A DNA stretch of 64,000 bases from Callorhinchus milii (taxonomy: Eukaryota), in NCBI RefSeq assembly GCF_018977255.1, contig NW_024704742.1:62870001-62934000 (forward strand), in the 5' to 3' direction. Position 1 is the stretch's first letter; each line of letters begins with the position of its first letter. Below, in pieces: positions 60,651 to 64,000 of the stretch. The notes beneath the pieces are model-generated. The model did no database searches and was not told where the DNA came from. It saw only the letters and a program-made list of their open reading frames with translations. The position numbers and the translations under genes are program-made.

Positions 60651-62569
60651 ACAGCATTTTGGAGCCATAACATTGCTGTGCGCAATTGGCTGCCGCATTT
60701 CACTCACAAAATATACAGTCAATTCAGTTTGGAGTATATTCTGTGAAGCGCTTTAAGAGGTTTCAAAGATGTGATAAGGTGCTATAAAAAATGCAAGGAT
60801 TATTATTATTATGAGTACTGTGGCAGCATGGTGTAAGGTCACTGAATGATTCAATACAATCCTTCAGACCAAAGCAATTTGGCATGATATTAATGCAGGC
60901 AGTGGTTGAGGGGAGGCAGGAATTACTCCTCCAATTTCAGCAGAGAGGTAGGTACATTTCAGCATCCCGTTTGCTGGTGCCTTTGACAACACAGAATGAC
61001 GTTTCAGCCCAGCTAAATTTAGGATATTGGCTTAAGTGATACGGTATCTTGCAAGACAGCACTGAAGCGCTGATCCTAGAATAACTGGATCGCATTATTA
61101 CTGAGCAGGAATCCAAGCTGGCAGCAATCGTTACTGAAGCATCTGAGTGAAATCATGAGTTCCAAGATCTCAGGAAGGAATGAGCTAGAGAAGGAGGCAA
61201 TGCAATGAGTTTTGATAATGCCACAATGCGAATGCAGGTGGGCTTTAAACAAGAGTAGCAATAATCATAGTAAAATAAAGACAGGAAACATTGTCTTTAA
61301 GATAAAACATTTTTTAACAGCTGTCGCCTTGATATTGCCATACTTAACAGTTTCCAAGCCAGACTGAGACTTCCATATATGCTTACCACCTACTCATGAA
61401 AATTTCCTTGTGGCAGGAATTGAACGCACGCTCTCTTGTTGGAGGGACGCACCCTGTTTACCTAGTTCTGGAAATTATTAAGTGCAGATTCTCAAGAGGG
61501 TTAGAGAGTATAAACCAGAGACTGCCTAGTAGCTTGCCATGTTGTCAGTTGTCTTGTTGTAATAAATGTAACACTGTCGATTAACTCAAAATAAATGGGC
61601 TGTAGATTGACCCAGGGACATTGTCAGACATCAGTGAGATGAGGTTTTATTATAGAATGTATCATGTATATTCAATGACTGATAACCTTAGTAGGTGATG
61701 CATGATTTGGCATTGCAGCTAAGTTCCTATAGAGACAGCTCCCTGACTCTTTGAAGCCCTGCAGTGACACAGTGCTGTTGTGTGGATACATATTACTCCT
61801 TGGATTTTGTAAAATCAATGAATCTGGAAGACCGCATAATTGAACGTCTATCTTCCTGTAAACAGTATGTCAGATTAATCACTCTCTGGTCACTGGAAGG
61901 AGCCTGTGGTAACAATGTCCATAGTTACAGTTTCCTTCACAGCTATAGTTATTTTAATTGCTGTGAATGAGAGTAACATTCAACATATGATTGGTGTCAA
62001 TGAGAATTTCTTTGACATAGAATATAGACACAGCTGCTTTATCAAGGCTGAATATTTTGTTTTTGCAGCTTGCAAATCATTTGGAAAGTACAATTGCTGC
62101 TCCGTATTCTCCGATCACCATTCAGTATTAATACTTATAATGAGACTGCAACACATCCTCACATCCCAATCTCTTCTTGACCTCACTATTCTCTCTCCCA
62201 TTCGTGCTTCTCTGCCCATAGGAGAGAAGAGAGTAAAACTGAGAGGTTTTGCATTTTATTCTCTGTTATTTTATTGTATTGCATATATATTTATCCTAAA
62301 TATATATGTATATATATATTTCTGAGATGCTACCCCATTGTGAAGGGTGCTGTATGAATACAAGTTGTTGTATCTTTTATATTCTGTGTTCTATATTATC
62401 TTACCTTAAGTAGATCATAAATTAAAGTATGATTGGAAAATGAAACTGATGAAGTAGTCATTATTACCACCTTCTCTACACAAGGAACAAAATCCAGGTT
62501 TGTGAATTGTCTGTTCTGAGGCACTTTGGACTTGTTGAATTTACCTAACAGAAAGCAGAGCACACTGCG

Positions 62570-63510
62570 ACAACAACAACAACAAAGTTACATTTCTCTA
62601 GTGCCTTTTACATTGGGAGGACATCCCAAGGCTCTGGACAATCAGTGTTTCGGACCTGAGCTGTCCAGATTGGGGAGGGTGGAGGGCACGGGGGAAAGAG
62701 GGTGACCAAAGAGGAGGGTCTTGAGATGTGTCTTGAAGGAGGCAAGGGAGGGGGCAAGGTGGAGGGATGGCGGGATGGAGTTCCAGATGGTGAGGAGCAG
62801 AGTGGCTGAAGACGGGGTAGTGAAGCAGGCTGGAGCCCGCTGAACAGAGGGAGCAGGCAGGTTGGTAGGGGGTTAGGAGGTAGCAGAGGTAGAGGGGAGC
62901 AAGACCATGGAGGGCTTTGAAAGTGATGACCAGGATCTTGAACTGTATCCTCTGTGTGATGGGAAGCCAGTGGAGTCTGGCAAGGATGGGGGTGATAGGG
63001 TCCATGGAGCCTGGTGCAGGATAGGACACGGGCTGCAGAGTTCTGGATGATCGAAAATCTACAGAGAGAGGAGTTAGGGAAGCCAACAAGCAGTGAGTTT
63101 GCTTAGTCGAGCCTGGATGTTATGAATGCATGTATGAGGGTCTTGGGGCCTGTGGTGTGAGACAGTGGCGGAGCCAGGCGATGTTGAGGAGGTGGGGGAA
63201 GGCAGAGTGGGTCATGGCACAGATGTGGGGTAGAAAGGACGGTTGAGGTCAAGGTCTGGACTGGCTCATGAGGTGGAGTGTGCAACCATGGATGGTGATG
63301 TTGTCAGTGTTGAGGTGCTGACGGGAGCCAATCAGGAGAGCCTCGGTCTTGTTGGCGTTCAGCTGTAGAAAGTTAGCCCTTATCCAGGACTTGATGTCTG
63401 ACAGACATTCTGTCAGGACAGCAGTGGTCCTGGAGTGGAGGCAAAGAGATAGAGATGGGTGTCATCCGCACACACGTGGAATTTGACCCCATGTCTGCAG
63501 ATGATGTCAC
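62570..63510 (-). mobile_element. L2 3' portion
   Basis: KTLIHAFITSRLD; PITPILARLHWLPITQRIQFKILVITFKALHGLAPLYL. Confidence 0.92.
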
Positions 63511-63514
63511 CAAG

Positions 63515-63787
63515 AGCCTTCAGCCTCTCAGCCCCGAGGCTCTGGAACTCCATCCCCCAGTGCCTTCGCCGCTTCCTCCCTTTCCTCCTTCAAGGCCAGT
63601 CTCAGGACCTTTCTCTTTGACCGTGCCTTCAGCTCCCCTCTTGACTCTCTACCCCCTCTTCGCTCCCTCCCTTCCCTCCCCTCACCCTGACCATTTCCCC
63701 CTTGCTCGGGTCCTGACCCAACTGTCGAGCGCCTTGGAACATCCTCCCGACGTGAAAGGCGCTCTATAAATGAAATCTTGTTGTTGT
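63515..63787 (+). mobile_element. L2 3' end, head-to-head with the previous copy
   Basis: gccttcagcc...ctctggaactcc...gacgtgaaaggcgctctataaatgaaatcttgttgttg. Confidence 0.85.
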
Positions 63788-64000
63788 GCTGTGTGAGTTG
63801 ATCCCAGCTGTTGTATAAAACCAGCAATGGATTTTTAACCATTTCATTTTCATTGATGAAAAAGTGAACACAGATCAATCAATAGATGTACCAAGACTGT
63901 TGAGCAAGAGGCCATAGGTTTAGAGATGTAAAAGGCAATTTCAGGACAGACACTGGGATATAATTAACAACTGGAACAGGTCGCCAGGAAAGACATTTAA

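Overview
This is repeat-dense, AT-rich eukaryotic DNA with no intact protein-coding gene recognisable; it looks intronic or intergenic. The repeat complement is L2 and CR1 LINEs, a Penelope-like element, Deu-domain SINEs and an abundant tRNA-Ala-headed SINE with an (ATT)n tail. That mix points to a cartilaginous fish, probably a holocephalan (inference from recalled repeat families, not a database search). The main non-repeat feature is an intron-less, 5'-truncated, disabled copy of a KIRREL/NEPH-family gene at ~11033-12050 (+). It covers the end of the last Ig domain, the TM helix, the KDPTNGxYNV motif and the C-terminal MQTHV*, and the ORF track misses it. A SINE splits it, and it ends in an L2/SINE-type 3' tail rather than poly(A), which suggests retrocopying by L2-type machinery. 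Other points: a minimal hammerhead-ribozyme motif in the Penelope 3' end, several long imperfect inverted repeats, an RT-deleted L2, many nested insertions with visible target-site duplications (TSDs), and repeat-free blocks that may be conserved non-coding elements. Repeat boundaries were read by eye and are approximate (about +/-20 bp).
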